Positions 38,498-51,270 of a DNA stretch of 64,000 nucleotides are shown here, piece after piece (the first letter of the stretch is position 1; each line of letters begins with the position of its first letter). The stretch is from the NCBI RefSeq assembly GCF_006345805.1, contig NW_021833452.1:1-64000 (forward strand), written 5' to 3'. This DNA is from Octopus sinensis (lineage: Eukaryota). The position numbers were made by a program, and so were the translations under genes. The notes below the pieces were generated by a model that was not told the DNA's origin, searched no databases, and saw only the letters and a list, made by a program, of their open reading frames with translations.

Positions 38498-38760
38498 CAA
38501 TATTTTATAAAGTTGCAGAACTGGTTCAAATTTGACACAAGTCCCGTTTTTACTCCCACCTCCCCACCTTATTAAGTTGAAATATTAAAACATTAAAATA
38601 GTTTTTATAAGCAGGAAATATATTTGAAATATGGCAATTACCTGTGTTCAAAATATATAAAATTTACGTTTCCTCTTGTCAGGGTTTAACTTAATTCTTA
38701 TCTAGCAACTCCAGCCATGACTCTCCCACGAACACTCATTATCTAACATGTTTAGTTCAA

Positions 38761-39060
38761 GGAGGCGCATAGCATAGTGGTTAGAGCAGCGGACTCGCGG
38801 TCGAGGGATCGTGGGTTCGAATCTCAGACCGGGTGATGTGTGTCTGTTTATGAGCGAAACACCTAAGCTCCACGCGGCTCCGGCAGAAGATAATGGCCAA
38901 CTTCTGCTGACTCTTTCGCCACAACTTTCTCTCACTTTTTCCTCCGGCATCTTGAAGCTCACCTGCGACGGACCGGAATCCCATCCAGGTGGGGAACCTA
39001 TACGCCAAGGAAACCGGGAAACCGCCCCTTATGAGCCAGGCATTACTCGAGAAGGAACAA
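38761..39060 (+). mobile_element. tRNA-derived SINE (family A head, different tail)
   Basis: GGAGGCGCATAGCATAGTGGTTAGAGC...GGTTCGAATC head. Confidence 0.85.
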
Positions 39061-39739
39061 ATAAATGTTTAGTTCATGTAGCAGTTTATAGTCTCCGTTG
39101 TTACTTATAATTAAAGTTTATAATAATTCCAAACATTTTGAAATAATTGCCAGAATATATCTGATAAATAATATTCAAGAAGAGAAAACATATTTAGTGC
39201 ATTCCACATTAAAAGGTTAACATGTTAACCTGGGATAAACATATATGCGTGTGTATGTAAGTGTATATGGTGATTAAAAGCTATATGCTGTCACAAAACC
39301 ATTTTATATTCACACAATCCTTCTTTAATTACCAGAACTATTACATTTAAATTCAAGATTAAATATTTGTTTCAAATTTTGGCACAAGGCCAGTAATTTC
39401 AGGGGACGAAGTAAGTCGATTAAGCTATCTCCTATTTTAACAGGATCTCATGATCCTGGATTCCTTGTAGCAGAGAATTTTTTTCTGTTTATGCATTCGT
39501 GTTGGGTCTGGTGTTTTGGGACTGTCTTACTCCCACTCGCCACTCTCAAAGACCCAGGTAAAAAAAAAAACAAGGGTTATAGGCAGTGGCTTTCTCAACT
39601 GACAAACATTCGGAAATGAAATTTATAAAAAATAACCAATGAATTTTTAAGCTATAAAACTGATTTACAAATTCTAAATATCATTTGTGAATTTGGAATC
39701 CATCATAAACTAACTAAAATGCTGGATGATTAGAGGACC

Positions 39740-40500
39740 ATTATGTGGTATCTGGGGAGAGTCATTCTCTTTTAGTACCTTATAATTTAACAAACTCACC
39801 GGTGAAATTATAAGGCACTAAAAGAGGATACTCACTCCAAACACAACAGAATATGCTTTAATACACGAACTCACATAAAGAATCTTGCAAACCAAATCCA
39901 AAAACGAAATAAAGGAATATTTTCTTTCGTCTAATTTCCATTATTTTACATTGTATAAAAATTATATTTTATATTATATTCTGGAAATGTAAATGAAAGA
40001 GAGAGTTAAAACCTTTGAAAAGGTTGCAAGACGCAACGAAAATTTTGGAAAAATAAAAAAGAAATAAGTGGAAGTTTTACAGGTGAGTGTGCTAAATTAT
40101 ATGTCACCCAAAAGAGAATGACCCTCCCCAGACACAACAGAATATGCTTCAACACACGAAAAACCCATAAAGAATCTTGTAAACCAAATCCAAAAACGAA
40201 ATAAAGGAATATTTTCTTTCGTTTGATCTCCATTATTTTACATAGTTATAAACAAATTATATTTTATATTATGTTCTGGAAATGTAAATGAAAGAGAGAG
40301 TCAAAACCTTTGAAAAGGTTGCAAGACGCAACGAAAATTTTGGAAAAATAAAAAAGAAATAAGTGGAAGTTTTACAGGTAAGTTTGTTAAATTATAAGTC
40401 ATCCGAAAGAGAATGACTCTCCCCAGACACAACAGAATATGCTTCAACACACGAAAAACACATAAAGAATCTTGCAAACCAAATCCCAAAAGAAAATAAA
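39740..40500. repeat. About 290-bp tandem repeat (about 2.3 units) preceded by a short inverted arm
   Basis: ACACAACAGAATATGCTT at 39841, 40131 and 40427. Confidence 0.85.
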
Positions 40501-41084
40501 TGAATTGTTTTGTTACCAGAGGTTTTCGCAGTTTCTTGTCTGTAAAATACCGTATGAAATTAAAATAAAGTTCACTATAAAAGTATATTTATGTTTGAAA
40601 TGGTTGTGGTGAATGTTTAACGATGTAAATGTGTAAATACAATAATATTTAGGATTCAATATCAGCCTGATGTCCGTTTAATGTCTTGCGAGTTCTGTTC
40701 GTTTGAACAGCAGAGAGAATTATGAGACTCCCAACTGTCGATGGTTTATATATAAAGTAGCAGAAAGACGTTTATAAATGTGTGGGTGTTACTTGGAGAT
40801 ATTTGTGTATATCTCTGTTTAAATGTCTTTGTTGTAGTGTCTCTGTTGGGGAATGTGAATATTGCTGTGTGTATACGTTTGATTAAAGGATGTGTGAGTG
40901 TGTGTGTGTTGCAGTGTATATGTATGCCGATGTTATCCAGCATTCCCACACACCGTGTGAATATATCTTTCCCGTATCTCCTATTCCCGTCAACAATCAT
41001 TCTTTATCTCAATGCTTACGTCATCTTCAATATTCTTTTCTATTCTAGGCCCAAGGCCCGAAATTTTGGGTTAGAGGGCCGTGG

Positions 41085-42720
41085 TGTATGCGGAAGGTTC
41101 CCTGTGGTTGGCTCCTGTGCAAAAGACTAGATCAGTTCCTGTTGATACGTGACTGGCAAGAAATAACTCAAGTTCTCATCCCAGCAGAAAAGCAAGACAT
41201 ACTTTTCCCTTACTTTGTCGAAGTGCTCACACATCCAGCACTGTCGGCTGCCCCGATTGAAAAGGCCCAATCGTCCCCTGTCACTCTTGCGCCCTTCCTC
41301 TTCCGGTCAGTTCACAAGTTCCAGCTGCTGACGTCATCCCACACGCCACTCTTATCTTAAAGAACAGATTCTCTCTACTCCACGTCGAAGTCCACCATCC
41401 AACCGGGAGGGAGCCTTGCACGTCGAGATCTTCTCGGGCTAGGCACCTCGTTCTCCTCCTCTCCACAATCCTGCGAAGGTCCAAGACATGTCGCGGCATT
41501 CCATCCACGGAGACATTGTTTCTGGAATTGACCGCCGTCACTGTTCCTCTGCTCCATTGAGACGTACAGCGTGGCTTAACCCAGACTTCCTCCCCTATTT
41601 TCACGCAGGCGGGTCCCTTCTCTTCTTCGTGACACTCCGGTGCTTTACTCGGATGCCTCCATTCGTATTTAAATAGCGCTCTGTGTACCACAGATTTTTC
41701 AGCTTTTCGGATCAGGGGAGACAACTTGTTCCAGAAAACTGCTTGCAGCGGCGAAATGTGTCCTCTTTCCGTTATGACCTTGACTGTCCGATGGTGCCTC
41801 TCCACGATTCCGTTATTGTTCGGCCTATATACTGCTCTGAACAAGCGACGCACTTTCCACCGTCCGAGCATATCCCTCAACGCCCTCCGAAAGAAATACC
41901 GCCCCGTTGTCCATTAGCAGTTCTTCCACAGGCCCTCTCTCTAAAAATATCCCGTTCAAAATCTGCGCAATCACGTCAGCAATGCCCGTCCTCAACTCCC
42001 TCCAAATGGCCAGCTAGCCCGGCCTGCAGTCGACCATGGAGAGATATATTCCCTGTTGGTAATGCGTCACATCCGCAGCAAGTCACTTCTAGTTGTGCTC
42101 CACCGAAAGGTTTCTTGCTCATGCCCACACGGAGCAAGGTCAATGGACTGACACTTGTCGCGGCTCCCGACCACTTTCCGGATGCTTCTCCTAGTGAGGT
42201 CAGCATCAATCATATTCGCAAGATATTGGATCCTGTCCACACCTAAGTGATGCATAGCGTACAGTCTCTTCAGTTCGGAGTCACCCAACCGACACGCCGC
42301 AGCTATCCCTTTCTGTGCCTCCTCCGACTCCTCTAACCACGCCCTTTTCACCCTGGTCAGTGCGTCTGCCCTGTTTCTCTCGGAAGGCACGAAAACCACG
42401 TTCAGCTTCAGTCCGAACTCGGCAAACAATTCTCCTAGAACTCCTAGACGTCGCTTCCCCAACATCTCCGCGGCACTTTTCATCCGAACTCTTCTCTCAC
42501 CGATGACCACCGATCCTACCCAGCCAAGCAAAGTGGCCGAATCCGTCCGGATTTCGATTGAGCGCAGCCCCCTTTTCAGGGCCAAGTTCACCCTCTTCAG
42601 CACCTAGTCTAATTCGGCGACATAGGTGTGGTTAAAGCCGTCTGCTTTCCGAAGCCATGCCGCGACCTCCACCTCAGTGCCTTCGATCTCCAACACAACT
42701 CCTATCGCTATACTGCTATC
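41085..42720 (-). mobile_element. 5'-truncated Ty3/Gypsy LTR retrotransposon: RNase H and integrase remnants, PPT and 3' LTR (41085-41343)
   Basis: IRTDSATLLGWV and NRADALTR (RNase H), HHLG..KC zinc-finger remnant, NGIVERHHRTVK integrase motif; purine tract followed by a 259-bp TG...CA LTR. Confidence 0.88.
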
Positions 42721-42962
42721 ATCACACCAAAGAAATAGGTATTGCACTGGCTATACAGGTTGTGGTGGTGAAAGTGACTGTCAAGGTAACCGTCATGATA
42801 ACGTTGATGGCGGCGTTTGTGGTTGATGTGGAAGCCATGACAATGCTGCTGCTGATGGTGGTGGTCATGGTAGGATAGTTGTGGTGGTGAATGTGATATG
42901 GTGGTGGTGGTGGTGGCTGTGTGTGTATCACTCAACTTTTAGGTAATTGTTGTTTCTTTTTA

Positions 42963-43345
42963 GGCGCAGGAGTGGCTGTGTGGTAAGTAGATAGTTTACC
43001 AAATATATGGTTCCGGGTTCAGTCCCACTGCGTGGCACCTTGGGCAAGTGTCTTCTACCATAGCCTCAGGCCGACCAAAGCCTTGTGAGTGGATTTGGTA
43101 GACGGACACTAAAAGAAGCCCGTCGTATATATGTATATATATGTGTGTTTGTGTGTCTGTGTTTGTCCCCCCTAACATCACTTGACAACCGATGCTGGTG
43201 TGTTTACGTACCCATAGCTTAGCGGTTCAGCAAAAGTGACCGATAAAATAAGTACTATTCTTGCAAAGAATATGTCCTGGGGTAATTTGCTTGACTAAAG
43301 GCGGTGCTCCAGCATGGTCACAATCAAATGACTCAAACAAGTAAA
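42963..43345 (+). mobile_element. Full-length tRNA-derived SINE, family B
   Basis: GGCGCAGGAGTGGCTGTGTGGTAAG...GGTTCAGTCCC head. Confidence 0.9.
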
Positions 43346-43406
43346 AAAAGTTTTAAAAAAACAAGTTGTATGGTTAAACTAGCTCGCAATTATCATTGAT
43401 GTATAA

Positions 43407-45320
43407 TAACTGCTTCAGATGATTCCTGTTTTAAAGGTTTGTTTTTAATAATATGGCTGTATTAATTTTTTTTTACCCCCGCCAAGGAGGTTATATTTCT
43501 GCCGATGTTTGTTTGGGAAATTGGGCGATTTTTGTGCATTCGTGTATATGGGTGGCAATGGGCTGCTTGGCGGAGGTCTGCGCTCTCCGGGTGCCTTTCT
43601 AGTTCATTCTAATTTATTCTTTTATTTATTCAATATTTCCTCGCTTCGAACCAAGGAGTTTAGTCTGCGCACATGCATCAACATGTGAACACCGTCTGCT
43701 GCACATTTAGACGCATTCTTTTATTGTATTAGGTACACCCGACTTGAAACAAACTTTCCCACACTATGAATAGTTGATTGTGTTGAAAATATTTTCTTTG
43801 AAAAGCCCGAAAAGCTTTACCAGAGAATAAGACAGGAGGCTATTCTTTCATTTAACAGGGGTGTTAATATATACGCATATATACGCATATATATACAACC
43901 ACGCAAAAATTAACCTACATTCTCTCTCCCCTCCCACCGCTCTCTCACCTCATTATATATTTCTATATTGCCCACAAGGGGCTAAAACATAGAGGGGACA
44001 AACAAGGACAGACAATGGATTATGTAGATTATATTGACACCAGTGCGTAACTGGTACTTAATTTATCGACCACGAAAGGATGAAAGGCAAAGTCAACCTC
44101 GGCGGAATTGGAACTCAGAACGTAGCGGCAGACGGAATACCTATTTCTTTACTACCCACAAGGAGCTAAACACAGAGAGCACAAATAAAGACAGACAAAC
44201 GGTTTAAATCGATTATATCGACCCCAGTGCGTAACTGGTACTTAATTTATCGACCCCGAAAGGATAAAAGGCAAAGTCGACCTCGGCAGATTTCGAACTC
44301 AGAAGGTAGCGGCAGACGGAATACCTATTTCTTTACTACCATTATATCGACACCATTGCGTAACTGGTACTTAATTTATCGACCCTTAAAGGACAAAAGG
44401 CAAAGTCGGCCTCTGCGGATTTTGGACTCAGAAGGTAGCGGCAGATGGAATACCTATTTCTTTACTACCCACAAGGGGCTAAACGAAGAGAGGACAAACA
44501 AGGACAGACAAACGGATTAAGTCGATTATATCGACACCATTGCGTAACTGGTACTTAATTTATCGACCCCGAAATGATGAAAAGCAATGGTGGTGTATGT
44601 GGTCGAAGTGGAAGCAATGATAATGCTGATGATAATGTTGGTGGTCGTGGTGGTGGTATTAGTGGTAGGATATTTGTGGTGGTGAATGTGATATGGTGGT
44701 GGTGGTGGTGGTGGTGGTGGTGATGTATGTAACTGCTTCAGATGATTCCTGTTTTTAAAGGGTTTTTTTTAATTATATGGCGGTGTTATTTTTTTATTAC
44801 CCCCGCCAAGGAGGTCATATTTCTGCCGATGTTTGTTTGGGAAATTGGACGATTTTTGTGCATTCGTGTATATGGGTGGCAATGGTCTGCGCTCTTCGGG
44901 TGCCTTTCTAGTTCATTCTAATTTATTCTTTTGTTTATTCAATATTTTCTCGCTTCGAACCAAGCAGTTTTGTCTGCGCACATGCATCAACATGTGAACA
45001 CCGTCTGCTGCATATTTAGACGCATTCTTTTATTGTATTAGGTACACCCGACTTGAAACAAACTTTCCCACACTATGAATAGTTGATTGTGTTGAAAATA
45101 TTTTCTTTGAAAAACCGGAAATCTTTACGGGAGAATAAGACAGTTGGCTTAGTCTTTCATTTAACAAGGGTGTGCGTACATACTTGCATGCGCACCAATA
45201 TAAAAGCGTATACATAGATATACACACTTACACATACACTTACACACTCACGCAAAAATTCACCTACATTCTCTCTCCCCTCCCACTGCTCTCTCACCTT
45301 GTCTCACCTCATTATATATT
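43407..45320. repeat. Diverged direct duplication (43407-43960 vs 44730-45320) separated by a tandem SINE family C cluster (43968-44590)
   Basis: Colinear alignment by eye. Confidence 0.85.
43472..43604 (+). mobile_element. Short Helentron-associated (HINE/DINE-1-like) element; second copy at 44795-44913
   Basis: Sub-terminal inverted repeats ACCCCCGCCAAG / CTTGGCGGAGGT, 3' hairpin GCGCTC-TCC-GGGTGC, ends CTAGTT, inserted in a T-run. Confidence 0.7.
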
Positions 45321-45840
45321 ACTGTATGCTCTCCCTTTCTTTTCTCTCTCTCCCTTTCGATATATATATTGCTACGTCACTCCGCTTTTCTTAATCTCCC
45401 TCCTACCTCATACTCTCTCTATCTCTCTCCCCCACTCATATGTATTACTATATCATTCTGCCTCATCTATTCTCTTACCTTATACTTTCTCGTTATCTCT
45501 CTCTCTCTCTCTCTCCTTCCCTCCCTCCTACAACAATCGACACCTCCCTCTTTGTCTCTCAGCCCTTCATAATATATCTCTTTTAACCACTCCGCCTCCC
45601 TTGCTTTATCTCTTACCTCACCCTCACCCTCAATTTCTCTATCTCAGTCTCTCCCTGTCCCTTCATATGCAAGTCTGTGTCTGTCTGGCCCTCTCTCTCT
45701 CTCCCTCTGTTTGTCTATCTCTCTTTCTCCCTCCCTTTCTTTCTTCCTCCCCCTCCTCTCTCTCTTTATTACCTCATTATATATTTACACTTTTCTCTCT
45801 TTGCCTCTCTACTCATACTGTCCCCCTCTTTTACTTTTAT

Positions 45841-46207
45841 TCTGTGGCCATGCTGGAGCACCCTCTTTAGTAGAGCAAATTGACCCCAGGACTTATTCTT
45901 TGTAAGCCTAGTACTTATTCTTTCGTTCTCTTTTTCCGAACCGCTAAGTTACGGGGACGTAAACACACCAGCATCGATTGTCAAGCGATGTTGGGGGGAC
46001 AAACACAAACAAACATATACACTCACATACATATATATATATATACAAATATGCAACGGGCTTCTTTCAGTTTCCGTCTACCAAATCCACTCACAAGGCT
46101 TCGGTTGGCCCGAGACTATAGTAGAAGACACTTGCCCAAGGTGCCATGCAGTGGGACTGAACCCGGAATCATGTGGTTCGTAAGCAAGCTACTTACCACA
46201 CAGCCAC
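45841..46207 (-). mobile_element. SINE family B
   Basis: Reverse complement of 42963-43345. Confidence 0.88.
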
Positions 46208-46611
46208 CCCTAAATTTCTTTCCTTATTCCTTTCTCTCTTCCTTTAATTCTTACTTCATTATTTACTTTCTGTCTTTCCTCTCCCTCCCTTTTCTTGTTT
46301 CCAACTTCCTTCCTTCCTTCCTTCCTTACCTCCATTCTTCTTACCTTCATTTATTTCCTTCTTTCTTCTTTTCTTTGTTTCTTTCATTCTTTTTCCTTTT
46401 CTTTATTTCTTTCTTTCTCTCATTCTCTTTCTCATTTTTTCTTTCACTCTTATGTCATACTTTATGACAGAATAACGTCGCGTTTTCCCCTCCCCCTCTC
46501 TCCTTCTCCCCTTCTTTCTTTCTTCATTTCATTCTTTTCCTTTCTCTTCTTCTTCCTTTAATTTTATTTTCCTTCCTTTCTTTCCCTCCTCTCTCTCCCT
46601 CATGCAATCTT

Positions 46612-46860
46612 TTGGGTTGGAGTATAATCATTGCAATTTTTTTAACAAATTTTATTCAACAAAAACAATAACAACATGTAACAAAACCATCTTTAAATGA
46701 TTATTCCGGAGCATATTCACCATTTACCTCAATTACTGCTTCCCATTTGCTTGACAGACGGTCAGACCGTCATTTAAAAATGTTTTTGTTAAATATTGTT
46801 ATTGTTATCGTTGAATAAAATTTGTTGAAAACAAAAGACAATAATTACACACCAACCCAA
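46612..46860. mobile_element. Mariner-type MITE with long TIRs
   Basis: TTGGGTTGGAGTATAAT ... ATTACACACCAACCCAA followed by TA; arms of about 85 bp. Confidence 0.8.
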
Positions 46861-46893
46861 TAATTATCTCCTTCGCATAATTATTTCGGCCTT

Positions 46894-47329
46894 TGTTAGA
46901 GAAACTGACCTCTATATTGTCTCGCATCATTCCGGAAGCAGCAAGCAACGACTTGTAGCGGCACAAGCAGCAAGCACCATGTTGGATGAGATCTCGCGGC
47001 AGCCATTGCCATCTCCGAGACTAGAGCGAGACCTCACCTGCATCCATTTGCCATGCGTGAGGTCACAACGAGGCTCGCGATGGAAACTATATAAACGGAA
47101 AACCGATTCAGACCTGTCTCTTTTGGCGCCACCTCCACAGCAGCACTGGCTGAGGCTTTCTACCTGTCCATCTCAGAGACAATGCGCCCACACTATCGGA
47201 GCTTAAGATGGTAGCTGAGAGCAGCACACTTCATTTTGCCTTCCATTATTAAAGACTTTCAAATATGTAATGTTTTTCATATTGAAATAGGAGACTTCAC
47301 GAAGCGTCTATAAAATGTGTTGTCCTACA
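46894..47329 (+). mobile_element. LTR-like segment
   Basis: TG...CA ends, TATATAAA near 47088, ATTAAA near 47248, followed by AGTGGT (PBS-like). Confidence 0.5.
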
Positions 47330-47689
47330 AGTGGTCTAGCAACAAGCTAGAAATAACGGCTCAACACACTATATTTTGCATTAGTTTCCATGAAAGATTG
47401 GACACTTTAAGAAGAAATCTTGCCCAATCTTGTCTGAAGAAATCTTGCCCAACTAGTGGTCCTTACGCGATACTAGAAATAACAGCCAAGTATCTTAAAG
47501 TTTTATATAATTATTAAAGATACTTAGAAAATACTTTCTCTCTCACCTCCTCATATATTAATATCACCCAACCTCCCTTACTTTCTATATGTCTCCCTTT
47601 CTTATTACGCATGCGCGCACACATATAAACACGTGTGTAGGTATATTTTGTTCCACCAAGAGTGCAGTTCGATCTTAACAGCTATATTT

Positions 47690-48361
47690 TCAAGCTATAA
47701 TGGAAGTGACAAAGGAGAATATTCGGCATATTTTGCTTTATGAGTTCAATAAAGGCAACAACGCAAAAGAAAGTGCTAGGAATATTAATGCAGTATATGG
47801 GGATCGGGCAATAAGCATAAGCCAGTGTTTTGCAAGATATGCAGAGCTCAACGAGTACGTCCTGCAAACCGTGGTGCAACAAAATTCCATCGTAACTGTT
47901 GAGGAACTAACAGAGAAGCTTGGATTTAGTCATTCAACCTTCATCGACACCCGCGCGAGAAGAAAAAGGACCATCTTTGGTTGCAAGACAAAAGGTGTTC
48001 TTCCATTGATAATGCTCAGCCACATACAGCAAGGATGACATTCCAAGGGCTGGAACAGTTTGAATAGGAAGCGATGCCTCACCAACCATATTTGCCAGGC
48101 ATTGTCCCGTCTAGTTATCATTTATTCCGCAGTCTTCAAAATAATTTGGACGGAAAAAATATGAATTCAGTAGACGAGATCAGAACAGTACAACAGACGT
48201 ATTTTTCGTCTCGGACAAGTGAATTCTGGAAGATGGCTCTTGCAAGTGTATATAAAAAGTGAAGGAGAGTGTATTTTAAATTAAAATAGAACTTCATCTT
48301 AATTTTGAAAAATAAAAGAAGTATAAAAAAAAAACTGCATTATTTATTGGATGGCCCAGTA
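47690..48361 (+). mobile_element. Internally deleted Mariner transposase pseudogene
   Basis: IRHILLYEFNKG HTH N-terminus; PHQPYLPGIVPSSYHLFRSLQN is a decayed HPPYSPDLAPSDYHLF motif. Confidence 0.9.
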
Positions 48362-48365
48362 TGAT

Positions 48366-48735
48366 CGCTAGCCACTAAACCGGTTTTCTCTCTCTGTTCC
48401 TTTCTGTCGAAGGGCGTAGGCTCGAAAGGTAAAAGACTTTCTCACTCCCCGAGCATTAAACTAATACATCTGTTTGTTGTTTACACACCCGCCTTCGTCT
48501 TTTGTTTTGTCTGTTCTATTTGTAAATTCTAACTATGTATATATAGAGTTCAAATTTACATAAAAACAAAAGATGAAGACAAGTGTAGGAACGACACGCA
48601 GGTGTATTATGTTAACAGTCGGGAAAGATGAGAAAGTCTTTCACATTTTGAGCCTACGCTCTTCAACAAAAAGGATTAAGAGAAAAAATAAAACGGAATG
48701 AGAAGGAAAAAAACGGCGAGTGAAAAATGTGCAGA
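48366..48735. mobile_element. Inverted pair of Penelope-like terminal repeats with decayed minimal hammerhead motifs
   Basis: CTGTCGAAGGGCGTAGGCTCGAAA (+, 48404) and its diverged reverse complement at 48640-48670; symmetry centre near 48543. Confidence 0.65.
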
Positions 48736-48799
48736 CTCCAACGGTCCACATGGCGAGATAGAGACACGTGCGCGCACGCACACACACACACACATACTT

Positions 48800-49634
48800 T
48801 CTTTTACTTGTTTCAGTCATTTGACTGCGGCCATGCTGGAGCACCTCCTTTAGCCGAGCAAATCCACCCCGGGACTTATTCTTTGTAAGCCCAGTACTTA
48901 TTCTATCAGTCTCTTTTCTCTTTTACTTGTTTCAGTCATTTGACTGTGGCCATGCTGGAGCACCGCCTTTAGCCGAGCAAATCCACCCCGGGACTTATTC
49001 TTTGTAAGCCCAGTACTTATTCTATCGGTCTCTTTTACTCTTTTACTCTTTTACTTGTTTCAGTCATTTGACTGCGGCCATGCTGGAGCACCGCCTTTAG
49101 CCGAGCAAATCCACCCCGGGACTTATTCTTTGTAAGCCTAGTACTTATTCTATCGGTCTCTTTACTCTTTTACTCTTTTACTTGTTCAGTCATTTGACTG
49201 TGGCCATGCTGGAGCACCGCCTTACCGAGCAAATCCACCCCGGGACTTATTCTTTGTAAGCCCGTACTTATTCTATCGGTCTCTTTACTCTTTTACTCTT
49301 TTACTTGTTTCAGTCATTTGACTGCGGCCATGCTGGAGCACCTCCTTTAGTTGACCAAATCGACCCCAGGACTTATTCTTTCTAAGCCTAGTACTTATAC
49401 TATCGGTCTCTACTGCCGAACCGCTAAGTTGCTGGGACGAAAACACACCAGCATCGGTTGTCAAGTGATGTAGGGGGGACAAACACAGACTCACAAACAC
49501 GCATATATACGACGGGCTTCTTTCAGTTTCTATCTACCAAATCTACTCACAAAGCTTTGGCCAGCCGGAGGCTATAGTAGAAGACACGCAGTGGGACTGA
49601 AACCGGAACCATATGGTTGGTAAGCAAGCTACTT
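48800..49634 (-). mobile_element. SINE family B with its 3' ~125-bp segment tandemly repeated five times
   Basis: CAGTCATTTGACTG(C/T)GGCCATGCTGGAGCACC occurs five times. Confidence 0.9.
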
Positions 49635-50380
49635 ACCACAGAGCCACTCCTGCGGCAATAAATTCAGCCAATAAATTTTATTTTATTTGATGTACTTTGA
49701 AATTCGTGTTTTTTACCATATAATATGTGAAGGACAGTTTAGAATGATGTTTCCAAAAACATTGTTCGTTAGGCACTCTGTCATCGTGCTAGAAATAACA
49801 GTTAAGTGCTCTGAATTTCACTTCTCCAGGTGGTCTTATACGACGCTAGAAATACAAACCAAATGCTAAAATATACCTTGTTTTCATATAAAATGATCCT
49901 TTTTCAAGAGTCCTTCAACTTTGTATGTAAATCAATGCGTATTTCGGAGCAACTGGCTGTTATATCTAGCATGGTATGAATTCATTTGAGATTATTTTGA
50001 CAGTTGTGCTACACTATTCTATGAAAAAGAATGCACATTTTGCTGTTATTTTTAGCATGAAGTGAAGCCAGCTTTACAGATCATTCTTAAAGTGTCCTTC
50101 ATTTTTATACAAAAATCAATACAAATTTTCGAACACTTGTGTGTTGGCACTAAAATGATGTGAGATACCTTTTGAACAGTAATTTTGTGTATATTTTGAG
50201 TGTCCTTCCATTTTATATGAAAAACAAGGCATATTTTAGCATTTGATTTGTAATTCTAGGGTCGTATGAGACCACCTGGAGAAGAAGTGAAATTCAGAGC
50301 ACTTAACTGTAATTTCTAGCACGATGCCAGAATGCCAAATTTATTGCCAGAATTTATTGCCACAGAAGTGACTGTGTGCA

Positions 50381-50818
50381 GGCGCAGGAGTTACTGTGTG
50401 ATAAGTAGCTTGCTTACCAACCACATGGTTCCGGGTTCAGTCCCACTGCGTGGAACCTTGGTCAGGTGTCTTCTACTATAGCCTTGGGCCGACCAAAGCC
50501 TTGTGAGTGGATTTGGTAGACAGAAACTGAAAGAAGCCCGTCGTATATATATGTGTATGTATATATATATATATATATGTGTGTGTGTGGTGTGTGTGTG
50601 TGTGTGTGCGTGCGTGTGTTTGTGTGTCTGTGTTTGTCCCCCCAACATCGCTTGACAACCAAGCAGGTGTGTTTACGTCCCCGTAACTTAGCGGTTAGGA
50701 AATAGATACTCATAGAATAAGTACTAGGCTTACAAAGAATATCTCCTGGGGTCGATTTGCTCTTGTAAAGGCGGTGCTTCAGCATGGCCACAGTGAAATG
50801 ACTGAAACAAGTAAAAGA
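50381..50818 (+). mobile_element. Full-length SINE family B
   Basis: Same head and tail as 42963. Confidence 0.9.
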
Positions 50819-50866
50819 GCACAATATGCTTAAGCCATGTTAAAAAAGAAAAGCAGTTATTGTTTT

Positions 50867-51270
50867 ATACAGTCGTCACAATTGTCCAGAGCCTCTTTGA
50901 ACAGGGGAGTGGTGGGCAGTTGAATGACATCTTATGGTAGCTTGTTCCACGGGGCTGCGATACGGATGGAGAATGTAGCCTTCTGCCTGTTGGGTCGAAA
51001 GTGTTGGGGATAGAGTTTCCAATCGTGCCCACGAAGACCTCTATCCGGCGCAGGGGTGAAAAACTCCGCAAATGGTAGGTTTATATTCCCGTTGAAGATG
51101 TTGAAAGCTGGGATGAGTTCTCCCGCATTCTCCGTTGTTCGAGTGAAGGTAATGCCAGCCGTTGGAGACATTCCTCATCTGTAAGCTAAACAGGCCCACG
51201 ATCATTCCGTTGGCTAAGTGTTGAAACCGTTCCAGGTGCTGAATGTCTTTCTGGAGATATGGGTTTTAGA
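50867..51270 (-). mobile_element. CR1-like LINE 3' end
   Basis: LRGHDWKL...FSIRIAAPWNKLP, the typical CR1 ORF2 C-terminus. Confidence 0.8.

Noticed and set aside
48800-49420. CRISPR-like regular repeats
   Set aside because: No unique spacers, units are SINE-derived, eukaryotic context, no cas genes
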